NCBI RefSeq assembly: GCF_016433145.1
Contig: NC_058134.1
Coordinates: 286,504,959 to 286,568,958, forward strand
Reading direction: 5' to 3'
DNA length: 64,000 bases
DNA from: Gracilinanus agilis
Taxonomy: Eukaryota
The notes under the pieces were generated by a model that ran no database searches, was not told where the DNA came from, and saw only the letters and a program-made list of their open reading frames with translations. Shown piece after piece: positions 26,650-53,100 of this stretch (position 1 is its first letter; each line of letters begins with the position of its first letter). The translations under genes were made by a program, and so were the position numbers.

Positions 26650-27850
26650 CAGTCAGCAAACATTCATTAATCAGCCTACTGTGTTCCAGGCTCCTGGGGA
26701 TACAAAGACAAAAATGCCCCACAATGAGCTCACTTCGCGATTTGTCCTAGAAGACCCAGTACTCAAGTATGTACATACAAAAGAAGTCTCTTGTACTTGG
26801 GGTAGGGGGTGGAGAGGACTTTTTGATGAAGGTAATACTTTAGCAAAGTGGCAAAAGAAACCTAGTATTCCATGAGGCAAAGGTATTGGGGGGGGTGGGG
26901 GCACATTGCAAATCTGGCAGGTCAGCCAGTCAAAAAGCTCCCAACATGCAGTTTCTTGTTCTGAGGAACCCCAAAGAGTCAGTTTGATGACTGGGGAGTA
27001 ATGTATATATAAGATTGGAAAGGAAGATTAAGACTAGGTTCTGAACAGATTTAAAACCCCCAAAAGAGAACCTTCTATGCAATCAGACAGAAAGGGACCA
27101 TTGGAGTTTTGTAAGGGAATTGAGTTTGTACTTCTGGAAAATCGTTTTGGCAGCTGTCTGGAGGATGGATAGGAAAGGGCAGGGTAGGGTGACCCATTAG
27201 GTAGCAATTGAAATAATAGTCCAGGCCAGAGGTGAACCCTTATCTAGGGTGGTGACCCCATGAATAGCGAGAAGGTAATGGATTCAAGAGATATTGAAGT
27301 GGTAGAAACAGCCAGATGTAGCAGTTGGTTAGATCTGAGGGGTGAGGGAGAATGAGGAGGCAGGTCAAATGCCAAACTGGGTAACTGGAAGGACCGAGGT
27401 ACCTTCTTAAAAAATAGGGAGATTTTGGGACTAAGCTGATTAATTTTAGACCTATGTATTTGAAGTATCTAGGGCATTGAATTTGAAATACCTACTAAGC
27501 AAGCCTTCTGGAATTGTGATGGGAGCTCTGAAGATTTCAAAGTCATCTGCTTAGAGTTAATCCCATGGGGACTGATGAAGTCAACCTTTGAAAGAAAGTA
27601 AAGAGAATTGGAGAGGGCACAAGGAGCCTCAAGGAACACACAGACTAAGGGTGAGGTATGGACAATGAACCTGCCTTGGGACCTGAAAAATGGTCAGACT
27701 AGGAGGAAAACCTCAAAAGATCATTGCAAGAACCTAGAGGAGAGAATAGCCACGAGGAAAAGGAGTCAGCATACTTCAGAAAAATTGGGAAAAGGCAGTA
27801 TAGGGGAGTATGGGGATCATGGGAAGGGAATAAGCATTTATTAAGTGCCT
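26650..27850 (-). mobile_element. Old L2-like LINE fragments (approximate)
   Basis: L2 3'-end-like aaacattcatt...ctactgtgttccagg...ggggatacaaagac and purine-rich degenerate body. Recognition only, no alignment run. Confidence 0.5.
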
Positions 27851-28499
27851 ACTATGTACCAACCAGCAGCTACATGGTGCTGTGTATAGAGCACTGGACC
27901 TGGAGTGGGGAAGACCTGAGTTCAAATATGGATTCAGACACTTAGTAGTTCTGTGACTGGCCAGATTTCTGTTTCCTCATCATAAAATGAGCTGGAAAAG
28001 TAAATGGCAAACCACTTCCAATGTCTTTGCCCAGAAAACCCCAACAGGGTTATGAAGAGTTGGACACACCTGAAATGACTGAAGAACAACAAATGTACCA
28101 ACTACTCTGCCAAACTCTACAGATACTCTTATTTGAACCTCATAACATCTCTTTCGGGTAACTGCTGTTATTATCCCCATTTTACCTTTGGAAAAACAGA
28201 CTTAACAGGTTAAGTGCCTTGTTCAGAATCACACAGCTAGCTAGTAAGTATTTTTGAACTCAGGTTTTCCTGATACAGGATATTATTTTCCTGATAAAAT
28301 ACAAAATCTTATTTGCCATTAGACTTGGCAAATAAGGCAAACATTGAGTACCTACTAGGTACCAGACACTAGACTATGCTGTGTAAATAGAAAAGGGTGG
28401 GGGGAGTTCTTGCCCTTGAGGAGCTTCCATTCTAATAGGGGAAAATAAAACTGAATGGGAGAGGAGGGAGGAGAAGGAACCCAATCTGTTGGAGAACTC

Positions 28500-28712
28500 A
28501 AGAGAAGTCCCAGAGTAGTTCAAATCTACCCTCAGATCCTTAGTAGCTATATGACCCTGGCCAAGTCACTTAATCCTGGTTGCTTCAATTTCCTCATCTG
28601 TAAAATGAGCCAGAGAAGGAAATGGCAAACCATTCTAGTATGTTTGCCAAGAATCTACCAAAGGATGTTGAAAAGAGTCAGACATGGCTGAAAAAAGACT
28701 AAGCAACAACAA
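28500..28712 (+). mobile_element. Mar1-like CORE SINE with RTE/BovB-type tail (similar copies near 27860-28100 and 46120-46350)
   Basis: tttcctcatctgtaaaatgag core, then gaaatggcaaaccattctagt...agtcagacatggctgaa...caacaacaa. Confidence 0.7.
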
Positions 28713-31700
28713 TAAGGTATTGGGAGTTGAAAAGATTGGGAGGTATTTGAAGGGACATGACATGTGTTTTGAAAGGCCCCAAAATAGAAGGGGAGAATTG
28801 GGAGGTCAAAAGAAGCCTTTGACCTTTGACTGTCAAAGACTTGACTGCTTTAAAGAGGCAGTAGTCCCTTGCTTAGATTTTTTTCCCCCAATATGAAGTA
28901 CTGAAAGGGTGGGCAGGGTAGGAGAGGCCAGAAAGAATGTTAGGATTTAGAATAAAACAACTATTTTTTGGCTCAAATGGAATTCATTGGAATACTCTAT
29001 TCTGGAGTCCAATAGTTGGAGATTAGCCATTTCTTTAATCTGCTCGTCTAGTAGTGGCCTTTCTGGGCTATTTTAAATATCAATATATCTGGAGCATGGA
29101 GCATACTTTTATGGTGCTGTGGCACAGTAACTCACACTTAAATGTCAATAGAGACACTTGCAAAGACCTGCAAGGTTCAATAAGTTCTGGTGTGGGTTTG
29201 TTTCTCCTGTCATCACCCATTATATTTTTTTTACAGCTTTTAAATTGCTACAGAGAGAGATTGGTCTGGATTGTAATGGATGGTTAAGGAGCTGCCAAGG
29301 ATACCCTTGTATGGGGTAGGGAAAAGTTCAATACTGTTTTGATTCTATTTATCTAAATTGTAGGCTCTGGCTTGAATATAATTCATGTTGCAGATACACC
29401 AAAGTGATGGCAAAGCACAAAATTATACTGTACATTGAAGGAATGTTGGCCATTTTTCCAATCCTTGAAGTTCTGCAGTATTTTCAATTGCATCTCCTGT
29501 CTTGGTTGGGTTATATCAAATTCCTTTTGCCTCACCAACATTTGCAAAACATTTGAATTATGTTCGAAACTCTAGTTTGTGATAAATGCAAATTCAGTTT
29601 TTATATTTGTGGCATTTCTGTCATTGGTTAGTAACATGGAATATCCCAAGATGTGTGAAGTAATTGAAGCATAGCTCTTTTTAGAAGTAGAGCGATGAGG
29701 CTAATGACCCTGCTGATCTCTTTCATTCCCAAACTACTTCCTACTTGTAATGTGCTGGGAGAGTAGATACCAAGTTGTTTATTATAGAATGATGCTTGAA
29801 GAAGGTGTAGGGTGCCAATAATAAGGGTGGGCTCTTGATTTCTAGTTTAACCCATTGGCTGGCTGCCATATGGGACTATATCTACTGTCAAAGTTCTTTT
29901 CTCTATAAGTCAAACAAAAGTGTCACAGCAAAGTACTAATAATCACTAATATTTCAAAACCAAAGGAAATTGCATATCCTATTATTGGGAAACAGCAGGT
30001 TCCAGAAGCGATCCGTCTCACCTTAAAATTGTGAGAAGATATACACTCACCAGGCTGTGCCTTTGCACGAATGTAACCATTCCAAAAACTGGCATTGCTG
30101 GAAATCCTAGCCTTCTGCTAGAAAGGTGCCTGTTTCCACATTCCCACAAGTCTCTGCCACTTGGTGCTTCATTCTTATGTCTGCCCAACCTGGGGTCATG
30201 TTCCATCACTACTGGGAATTTTTATGATTGTTAATCTAGAATTCTGATCTGGTAATCCGTTAAGTATCAGTAATTTGGTTGTTTTATTTTATCAAACCCG
30301 ACTTTGGTTTGATAACAAACACAGCTAATTTTTTGTGGTAGTTTAAGAGAAGGTAAATGAAATCCTCAAAGTAGCCTCTTTTTTCAACTGATTAAAAAAA
30401 TAAAATAAAATAAGCAAAGTAAAACTGGATTAAAAAGATAATTAGGCCCTGGGTAATTGAATTACAACTAGCTGAAACTGTTTTAGCTTGGCTAACAAGA
30501 GGTTTTTTCTCTTCACACCACTTCTCTCTTGTTAATAAAGTTTGGGTCATCTGTGTGTGGCTTGTTAATGATAGGGTTGTTAACGACTACAGTTAATCTT
30601 CCTCCCAAACTCTTTCCTAATCCAGTCTTTTAAACAGACATTTAAACAGCTTTTACCTCCTCGAATTGGGTGCTCCTGAGCTTTTCGGTGGAGGTGGAGT
30701 GATAGTTATCAGCCCATTTAACAAAACCTGAGACAGCCAGGACAGCTCTATGTACATCTCTATGGTATGTTTTTGTTAAAATGCTACATGGCTAATACTT
30801 TGGCAATCATAAATCTGGTGGGAGAAAGCATCTTTATAGGTGGCATTTTACTTTTATGCTGTTCATGTAACATACCCAAAGACCATCAGCACACAATTCC
30901 ATAAAGAACCAAGAATAGATATGGAGCAGATTAAAGGACTCTTTTAAATTTGGGTTGTTTTCATGAGCTCATTTCCCTGTCATGAGGCTGGATAGGAAGG
31001 AGTGAAGGACTGGTTCTATATTATTAGTGCTGTAGATGATATTTAATCTTCACCCAGATCATTTCCCAGTCCCCGTCCAGCCAGGCTCTCTCTCCTCCAG
31101 AGCAAAGCCCTAGCCTAACAGAACCATCCCAGCTTTTTTCTTGTTTCATTTCCCCCATGTGTGGTAAGAGATTTTATTTATAACCTTTTTCCTGGCATTT
31201 AACTTTGGACTTTTTTCACTAATGATGTAGAAAAGACCCTGTGTTCTTAGTGGGCAAGGAGAGACTTTATTGAAACCTTTTTTTTTTTTTTTTTTTAAGA
31301 AACCTATCAAGGCATCATTGTAGTTCATCTTTTATAGTAGTTGGCCTGTCTTCTTCCTCAAAAGAGCTGTCTTTGGCTTGCCTAGTGGTGCAAAGCATGC
31401 TAACAGATGCCTTATTTTAAACACTACCAAGCTTCCCTAAAGGCAAGCTTAAGGACATTCACTGTCTGCCATCAGTCATGGAGAGGTAATGAAAATGTGC
31501 TCCACATGTGGCCTAAGACAAGCCACAAAGGGATCTGGCATTGGAAGCAGTGACCAAGAAGCAAAACAATAAAGCGGGATTAGTATAAATACTGGAGATC
31601 CAATGTGGGTGGTTCGGTGGCTCCAGGATGGGTCTGTTCTTGTGTTGAAAGAACCAGCCATGAAATTGTCAACCCCCAATCTCTCCCTTCCCCCCCTCCC

Positions 31701-34700
31701 CCACATACACACAGTTTCTGTGCTAGATAGGTGAGGATTAACCCATATTTTAAAAATTCTTTACCTTTTGTGTGCTGGTTCCTCTGCCCTCCCCCACCCC
31801 TCCAGCCACCCCTTTTCCTTTTCAGAGAATTCACCCGGTGAATGATCTTGCTTGTCAGCAGCTTGGAATGTGAGTTCTGGCTGTGACCAACTATAAAAGC
31901 CCTTTGATATCTTTCTGGTTGTTAGCTCACTAGCAATCTGGCTCAAGAGCTCTTTCCCAGTAGACTCCTGGAAGGAACAACCCTAGTGTTCAGAGGTCTG
32001 TCTGTGTGGCAAATTTACCTCTCTGTCACTGAACCAAAGCCTTGATAGAAGCTGACAGTACCCCAACCTCTCCCATCCCTTGGGGTCCAAGCTGCTGGAA
32101 TTGATCTGTAATGATGCCTTTACCAGAAAGCTCTCCACTAGTGCTCAGGACAGACAGGGTCGGGAGTCGTTTTGCTTGAAAGACTTTCTCCAGAAACATG
32201 AGAAGCATCAGGCCCATCCCATGGCAATTTCCACAAGGATAAGGTTGCACTTGGAAGCTTGTCCTCAATTTCTTCCTGCATGGTATCTAGATTCCACCCT
32301 AATCACTCCATCATCCTGCCAACACTGTCTCATTTCTCATGCTGGTGAGTCGCCTCCTCCCATGCTCAGTGTGCACCACCAGTCTCGCTGCTTTATCTGG
32401 TGCAGGCCACGGCCCTTAAATTGTCCATCCAGCTTTGTGTTTCATTTGACCCTAATACACTGGGTCGAGCTGTCTAGGAGAGAATTATGTCCCCTTGGCT
32501 GTCTGAGTGCATCTCTCATTTCTCACTGCTGCTCCTGAGCAGATCTGTAACTTCAAGGTTAAGATAAGACACATTCCATCAGAACCATGTCGTCATCCTT
32601 GCCAGTTTCTGATCTGTGACTGTCCGGGAGATTTACCGGACAACTGCATGCCATTCTTTACGGCATATTAGGGTTGGACTCTGACTCTTGGCAAAAACTC
32701 AAGAGTTGGTCTGTCAGCTGCTACGGAACCTGTTTCCCCAAAGGAAAGGGCCCTAGCCCTTGTGGCCTTGGGGCATTTCTTAAGGGTGCCCCAGAGGGGT
32801 GGAATTAGCAGCCTGCCTCTCCCTCCCAGATTAGGGGAGGGCAGAAAAGAGGTGGAAGCTTCGGGTTTCTCTTCCCTGCCAGTTGTTTTTCCTCATCTTG
32901 AATGATCCTGCAGAAATTTAGAGCTGCTGACATTTCCCTCTACCTTCTTACTGGCTTTACTACCAGTTGCTATTAGTTACTCTCTTCACCCTGCAGTTGG
33001 TCCCCAGAGCAGTTCTGAGTCTCCAGTAGTGATGATGAGTGTTTTTGCCTTTGAGGACTGAACATACCTGGGCTTGTTCTCTGAAGGCTTATTAGTTCCT
33101 GCTGCTCCAAAGAGCAGTGGTTCCCCAGCCTACCCTTGTAACTCCTTTGTGCTGCCTTTGCATGCTTAGCTCCGGGGGTTACTTTACCCCTCAGCATGTG
33201 ATATAGTTTAGCAGTTGTGGAATCTAGAAGGTCAGAGATTTCCTGCTGTTGTTCCAACAGGATCCCAGCTTACATACCCTTATCCTTGTCTTCCCTTTCA
33301 GCCTTTTGGTTTTCATTTAAACCCACTGCCTCTTTGGGAAGAAGGGAGTTGAGAGAGAGTTAGTTGGTTCGTTTTACAGATAGGAAAACTGAGGTTTGCT
33401 ATAGTCATATGGCAGGTTAATAATTCTTATTTCTGGAGTAGTGCTTTGTTTGCAAACATTCTCCAGATGAACACTATAGAAGAAACCTTCGGAAGAGACA
33501 GCAAGATTGGTACAGTCCTTTGACTTCTACTAAGCAGAAACATCAACAGCTTTTATTCTGTGGATTTCATTTGGATACCCAGCTCATCTGATGACATATT
33601 GTAATTTTTCTATCTTTTCATTTCTCAGATGTCTCAGAATCACTTTCTTAACATTTTCAATAAGGAACCACCAACCCCTGCTTTTTTTTTTTTTCATTTT
33701 TGAGTATTTCTATTGTCTATATTCCTTTATATCCCTTCCCTTCTTACTCTGGCAGGACCTTCTCCTCACAATGGAGTCTGTGAGCCAAAAATCAGATCTC
33801 AGGGTTTGCAGAATGGACTTTTTAGGGCTAGGTTTATGGGGTTCCCAGTTTGCTGGAGGTTTTCTTTCTCTTCTTTGTCTTGTTCTTCCTGGTCTCACAT
33901 CCTTACCTGGTCTTTTAATAATGATTTCCAAAGCACAACTGTGAGATTATTTGGGAAAGGTTTACTTTTTACAATCATTCAGTAATCTAGGTAACACAGT
34001 GGCTAGAGCCCTGGGCCAGGAATCAGAAAGACCTAATTCCAACCTGGCAACTATAAAATGAAGAGAATAAAAGCACCTACCCCCAAGGGTGTTACAACAC
34101 CCTGGATCAAAGGAGCTAACATTTGGAGTAAGGAATTTAGCATGATGTCTGGCACTGGGTGGGTCCTCCCCCTCTCCTCTCCCTCTCTTTCCTTTCTTCA
34201 ATCCTTGTTTGTTAACATGGCTGATCCGATGCCTTTGAACAAAATGAAAAGTAAGTCTAAGATTGTTATGATTGTAGAGGTTTAGAACTTTTCTTTCTTC
34301 CCAGTTCTGAACTTAGGACCCAAGTTCAAGTTTTTGTCTTTGTGACCTTAGGCAAGTCAGTTAACTTTTGTAGGCTTCAATTTCTTCACCTGTAAATTTT
34401 AGGATTTGGAATCATTGGCCTCCAAGGCCCTTTCTTAAGTCCTCTGAATGAGCTGACCGAAGAGCAAGGGAAGCCTTACTTATAGGGGCCAGATTATCTT
34501 CTTTGGCTGGGGGTGGGTGGGAGAATGGGTAGGTTGTCACATTCCTTGGGCCTGGATTCCTTCCTTCTGGGGGTGCCAGGGGAGAAGAGTAGATGAATTG
34601 ATCCCTCCTTCCCCCCCCCCCCCCCATCAGCTATCCCTGTGAAGACCCAGGAGGAAGACACCCTCTATAGCCTTGGGAGGTCATTTGCTGTCTTGGAGCC

Positions 34701-36939
34701 TTAGTTCCCTTGCCTGTAAAATGGGGGTGAGACCTAGTGCCTGCTTCCTTCCTGCCTGTTTGCGATGCCAACTGTGAGCCATTTTGGTGAGGTGGATCAC
34801 CCCCTCCCGCCTCCAGGGAAGAGTTTGTGTGTCCGGGTGGGAGAGGGGGGCCAAAGACCTGGAGCAGGCCTGCCCTAGCTTCTGGGGCCTCCTCCCAGTT
34901 TTCCCTGAAAAGGAAAGTTCAGCCTTTTAACTTTTCTGACTGCCTCTCCCCCTCTAGTGCTGCTGCCAGTTGCCTTGACAACGACTGTGGCAGCTGCGCA
35001 GTGGCACTGAGACAGCTGGGTGGGGGTGGGGGAGCTACCACCCCGCCGGGCCCCAGACCTAGGAGGGGAGGCCCCTCCTCTTAGCCCAGAGGGAAAGAAA
35101 GAGCTGGGGAGAGCCGGTAGGTACAGGAGGGTTAGGGCCATCCTTCCTGCCCCTCTGGGGCCTCTCCCTCTTCAAACTGAACTGAAATAAATGTCAAGCC
35201 CTCTTTCCCTGGCAAGGCAGGAGAGGGCCTGGCCACAATGCACTTAAACCCAGAGCTGGCTCTAACCCCAGCGCTCTGACCCAAACTGCCATGCTCCCGG
35301 AAATTCCAAGGTGAGTGGGGGGAGTAGGGGGGCCCTGCTGGAACCTGCCATTTCCTGGCTTGGCTCGGCTTGGCCGAGGTCGGTGGCTGCTTTTATTGGG
35401 CATTTTTTATTTCAGATAAACCACAGTTCCCCCAGAGAAGCTGAGGGAGCTTTTCCAGACCAAGGGAGAAGGAATCTGTAAATGCTCTGCATCCTCTTCC
35501 TTCCCTTCCCACCTCCTGGACCCCCAATATACAGAAACCTGGAGTTTCACTACAGGAACAATGCTGGGGGAGGGGATGTAAGGGGAGAGCAGGGCCTGTG
35601 GACTCTTTGCTGGCTGGATTTTGAAATCCCTTGAATTTTGTAGTTCCTAACTATAGCTAGAGATTACTTCTTCCTCCTCAGATTTATTTGAAATTCCTAA
35701 AAGCAGTTTCCACAGCTACCTGCCTCTCCCCTTTCCCCCATGAACTCAAGTCTTAGTGATTGTTATTCTGTCCTGAAGCATAACTCTTTAAGAGTTGACC
35801 CCTTCACTTTTCTGGAATTATCTTCTGGCCAGAAAGGAAATGGTGCTTTTCCCAGGGCACACAAAAGCGCCCCTCAAGATGACAGCGAAGCCAAAATGGA
35901 CTTTTGCCAAGAAAACCGATTCTCTTACTCCCTTAACCCAGACTGAAGGGACCATTTAACACAATTTAGATAGAAACCCCCAAATGATGATGACGACAAC
36001 GACGACCTGGCAATTCTGTTGAACACCCCCTTAAGTACATATTTCTCAGCTTAACTCAATTTCTATTTGTGTTCCTCTGGCTTATGAATGGCCTCTCTGT
36101 ATTTCTAGTTCTTCTGTTGAAGCTTCAGACTGGGGGGCTACTCTTCTTGTCTTTCTCCTTGGCTCAAGAGTCAACTTCGTTTGGGGAAGAGGAGAAGCAT
36201 CTCTCCCCAGCTGCTGTTGGTAGGGGGTTATCCTTGGGAATTACTCAACTAACCCATCATCTCCTTTAGGTTTCTGTGGGTCTAATCATTTCCCCCTGCC
36301 CACTCTCATCCTCTGTAGAAATAGGGTTGCCACAAGCAGAATTTTAAAGGGGAGACTTAGGGAGAGCTTCATTTGTGTAGGTTATGTCCCTGGGGGAACA
36401 AACTCAGCTTACATTAAGAGAGTCCCTAAAATTGTGTTGCTGAAGGGGTATGCCATTGTTCTACAATTAAGGGCCTGGTCAAAATAATTAGAGTAGGGGG
36501 GGGAAAACCTTTTTAAATGGCCGCTAAGCGTGTTTTTTTTTTTTAGAATGGCATTTTTAAACATGCAATATGGTTTAAGTTGCCCTTGGGCAGACTTTGA
36601 GGTTATTTGGTCTGTATACCATTCTTTCAGAATGGAGATTTTTCATGTCCTATTTACTTTCTTGGCTTGGATTTAGACACCAGAATAGGCAAGTGTTCAC
36701 TTCCTGAATATCAGGCACCAAGGAATGACTAGGCTGGCCTTCAGGGCTTTTTGGAACCCCTAATTTATCATTTTGGAGAAAAGAGCTTTGAGAGTAGAGT
36801 TGGTTGGAGTTGACCCATTTATTGATGGCCTTTCATAGACCTCATCTCTGAAGCTATTCCTTTAAAGACATAAGCCTCAATCATTCAGTTCCCTGGAAGC
36901 AGAGACTGACAAAGTTCAAACCCTCAGCGCGGGTCCTAA

Positions 36940-50146
<13,207 letters not shown>

Positions 50147-53100
50147 AGCAGGGGTGGCCTCTGCCATTTCTCTTTGTATATAACACATTCACTTCCTCTC
50201 TGCCTCCCCTTTCTCCCTTTCAGACCCACCACCCTCTACCCTAAACCCATTCATAAAAACGTGCTTATTACTGTGCCCCACACAAGAGATGTTGGTATTG
50301 GTTCTCTCATCACATACCTGATGGTCTGATTCATGATGTGTCTGTAGTGAAGACCAGCCATTTACATACATACTGTGTGTAACCCACCCCATTCTCCCTT
50401 TGCCCTGACTTCCCCTACCCCCACTCCCACCCTCCTCTTTGCCCGGAAGATGATGTTTAACTTTTTAATCACCCTAGAGTCTTGATCTTTGTCAGGATTG
50501 GATTTGAGGGTTTTGTTACAATGATGATCATTTTAGTTATTGGCTTTGGTTTCATTCAGTGTGTTGATGATCAACAGGCCTGGGAATCACATCGAGGTGT
50601 TGGGATAGGATGGGGAATTTGGAGATTTTGCAGGTTATACTTGGCCTGATTTTTATACAGCCACTAGCAACTGCCTACCTGCTAGGCTTTCCCCAAATCC
50701 CCCAAGGATACAGTGTGCCCAGTGAGGTCACATAGGCCTTACTCGATAGCCTCCCAATAGAAACACTTGGGGCCCTGGAAACATTACAAAATTTTTTCTT
50801 GAAGTACCTCGGACCCCTCAACTCATGTCTTTTAGCAGGCTTTGTTTGTTTCTGCAAAAGAGTCCAAAGTGACGGGATTGTTAACAGTTTGGATTGTTAG
50901 CTGTAGTGCATGTGGATGGGGAGAAAATCTAGTTCATTTTTTTATTATTAATGTGCGGTATATATATTGCTCCCTTCCCTTCCTCTTATCTGGTCTGTGT
51001 ATTTATGTAGGTGTGAGTGACTGCCTGGTGCTGGTGCCAAGATCCTGGATGTTCTTGTTTTCATTCTCTCTCTCTCTTCCTTCCTCTCTCTCTCCCTCTC
51101 CCTCTCCCTCCCTGTCTCCATCACTGCCAATTCTTGTAGCCTCCCAAAGCATTCTTGTTAACTACCAAAGAGGCTTCAAACCATTTCCCCAATATCCTTT
51201 GTTCTCCTTACCAAGTCTAGGGAAACTAGGTCTCTTACACTCATACTCTACACACCATCAATAAATGAATAAAGGGGAAGCTCTCACAGAAGAGCCATTG
51301 GCTATCACACCAGCTTTGAATATGCATCCTTTTTGAGGTGGCAGATATCCTCACTGCGAAAGATTTTGGCTACCAAGAGCTTCCTCTCTATTTTTCCTTT
51401 ATTTTTTTTATGGGATTTTCTCTCAGTTTCTGGAATGTGGCCCTTTTAGGAACTAGCTGGGTAGAAGGTGGCTAGACATTTGCATCTTGACACAACTTCC
51501 TGTTGACCTCCCCATCAAAGTAGGATCTCCTTTGGCTTGACCCTATATCTTGCAGGAATTCCACCCTGCCATTTTCCATGTTACAGTAGTCATATCCTGA
51601 TCCTACCTTTCTCTCCTTCCTCCCAGCCTAAGAAACAAGATACTTCCTTTTTTTCTTTGTAGATAAGGTTTAGCAGATCATCAGGAAAAGTCGAGAACTT
51701 AAGGATCTTGACTATGGTCCTAGTTCCATAGAAATAGAAATAAATGTGAGGATTAGCCTTAACTCTAGGGATCAGGTTGGGGGGGAGGGTGGGGATGGAT
51801 TTAAACATACTCGGCTCTCTGGCCAGGAACATTACTACCATTGTTAGATTGTTCAGAGTAAAGGGAAATAGGTCGATTTCTAATCTGTAGATCTCAAATC
51901 ATGCATTGATTCATAGTGTTTTTGATCTCATTTGCCTGGAAGTTGAACTGCTGATTGGAGTTCTGTGCATTTCTATAAATTATCACAAACACCAGAGTGT
52001 ACCACACTAGAGAAGATAGGCATTTCTTTCTGTAGCAGCCTGGTAGACTGGAATGTTGACAATTGCGTGTTTCCCCATCTGAGGCAGTGGGATTTGGTAA
52101 GAACAGGAAATTCTAGGCCTCTAGCAACTGGAGGGTTTTCATCTCTTCTCTCCCCTTGCAGCGACAGAAACTATTCAGGCACAAGAACCATTAAGAGTTG
52201 ATCATACTTGACCTGAGAAGAAGGCAGGCAGGCAGGCAGGGGTGGTTCTGACAAATGATTCCCAGGTCAGACACTGCTCCTCACCTCTTTACCCTGTGTC
52301 CTGCTACTTCTCCATTCCTTCTGTTGAATCCCAGCGCCACACTGGATCTTTGCTAGTATTGCTTTCACCCCCACCCCACAACCCCTCAATCTGTGATAAC
52401 TGGTTTTTCAGGAATGTAGGGAGGCCATAGCCCTAGGCTAGGTGACTGGCTCCAGCCTCCCTTCCCTCTTTCCTTTTATAGAAGGAGGAAGGATTGCTGT
52501 CAGAGCTTCAGCAGCAGATGTCTGCCCATGCCCACCACACTAGCATTTTTTTTTAAGAGCAAAGCAGCTGGTGTAGGCTTTCTTGGTCCTTGAGAAAGTA
52601 GTTTCAAGTAGGAGCATGTTTTCCTGGAATCCTGTGCCCTTGGAGAAGTTAATATCTGTGGCTTAAATACTTTCATGCCTAGGTCTTAGATGTTAAAAAT
52701 ATGTGTTGGACTCTAGTTGTCATTCAAAAGTCAAGATCCTTCACAATAACTAGACTTCTAAGTCTCCCAGTTTCCTCTCAGACTGCCACTCCCCCTCCCC
52801 CCCAGCCAAATGGATTAAGTGGAGGGGGGTGGGGCAGTCAATTTAAGCCACAGGACCGGCAGATGGCCCCCTTGTTGAGATCTTAAACTGTCCCAGCTGT
52901 TAGACTACCAGCAGGAAGCAGCCTTGAGTTTGAGAAGAGACCAGAAATCCAGTTGTCTGTCCTAGGAAGTTGCTTGCCTTCACTCAGATTATCTTCAGCC
53001 AGAGAGATTCTTGCTCTAGCTTCTGGGATATTCTCCAGGATCTAAGTGTATTTGATTGCATTATGTGTTCTTAAGTTGAGTCACTAATAGCCTTGCCTCC

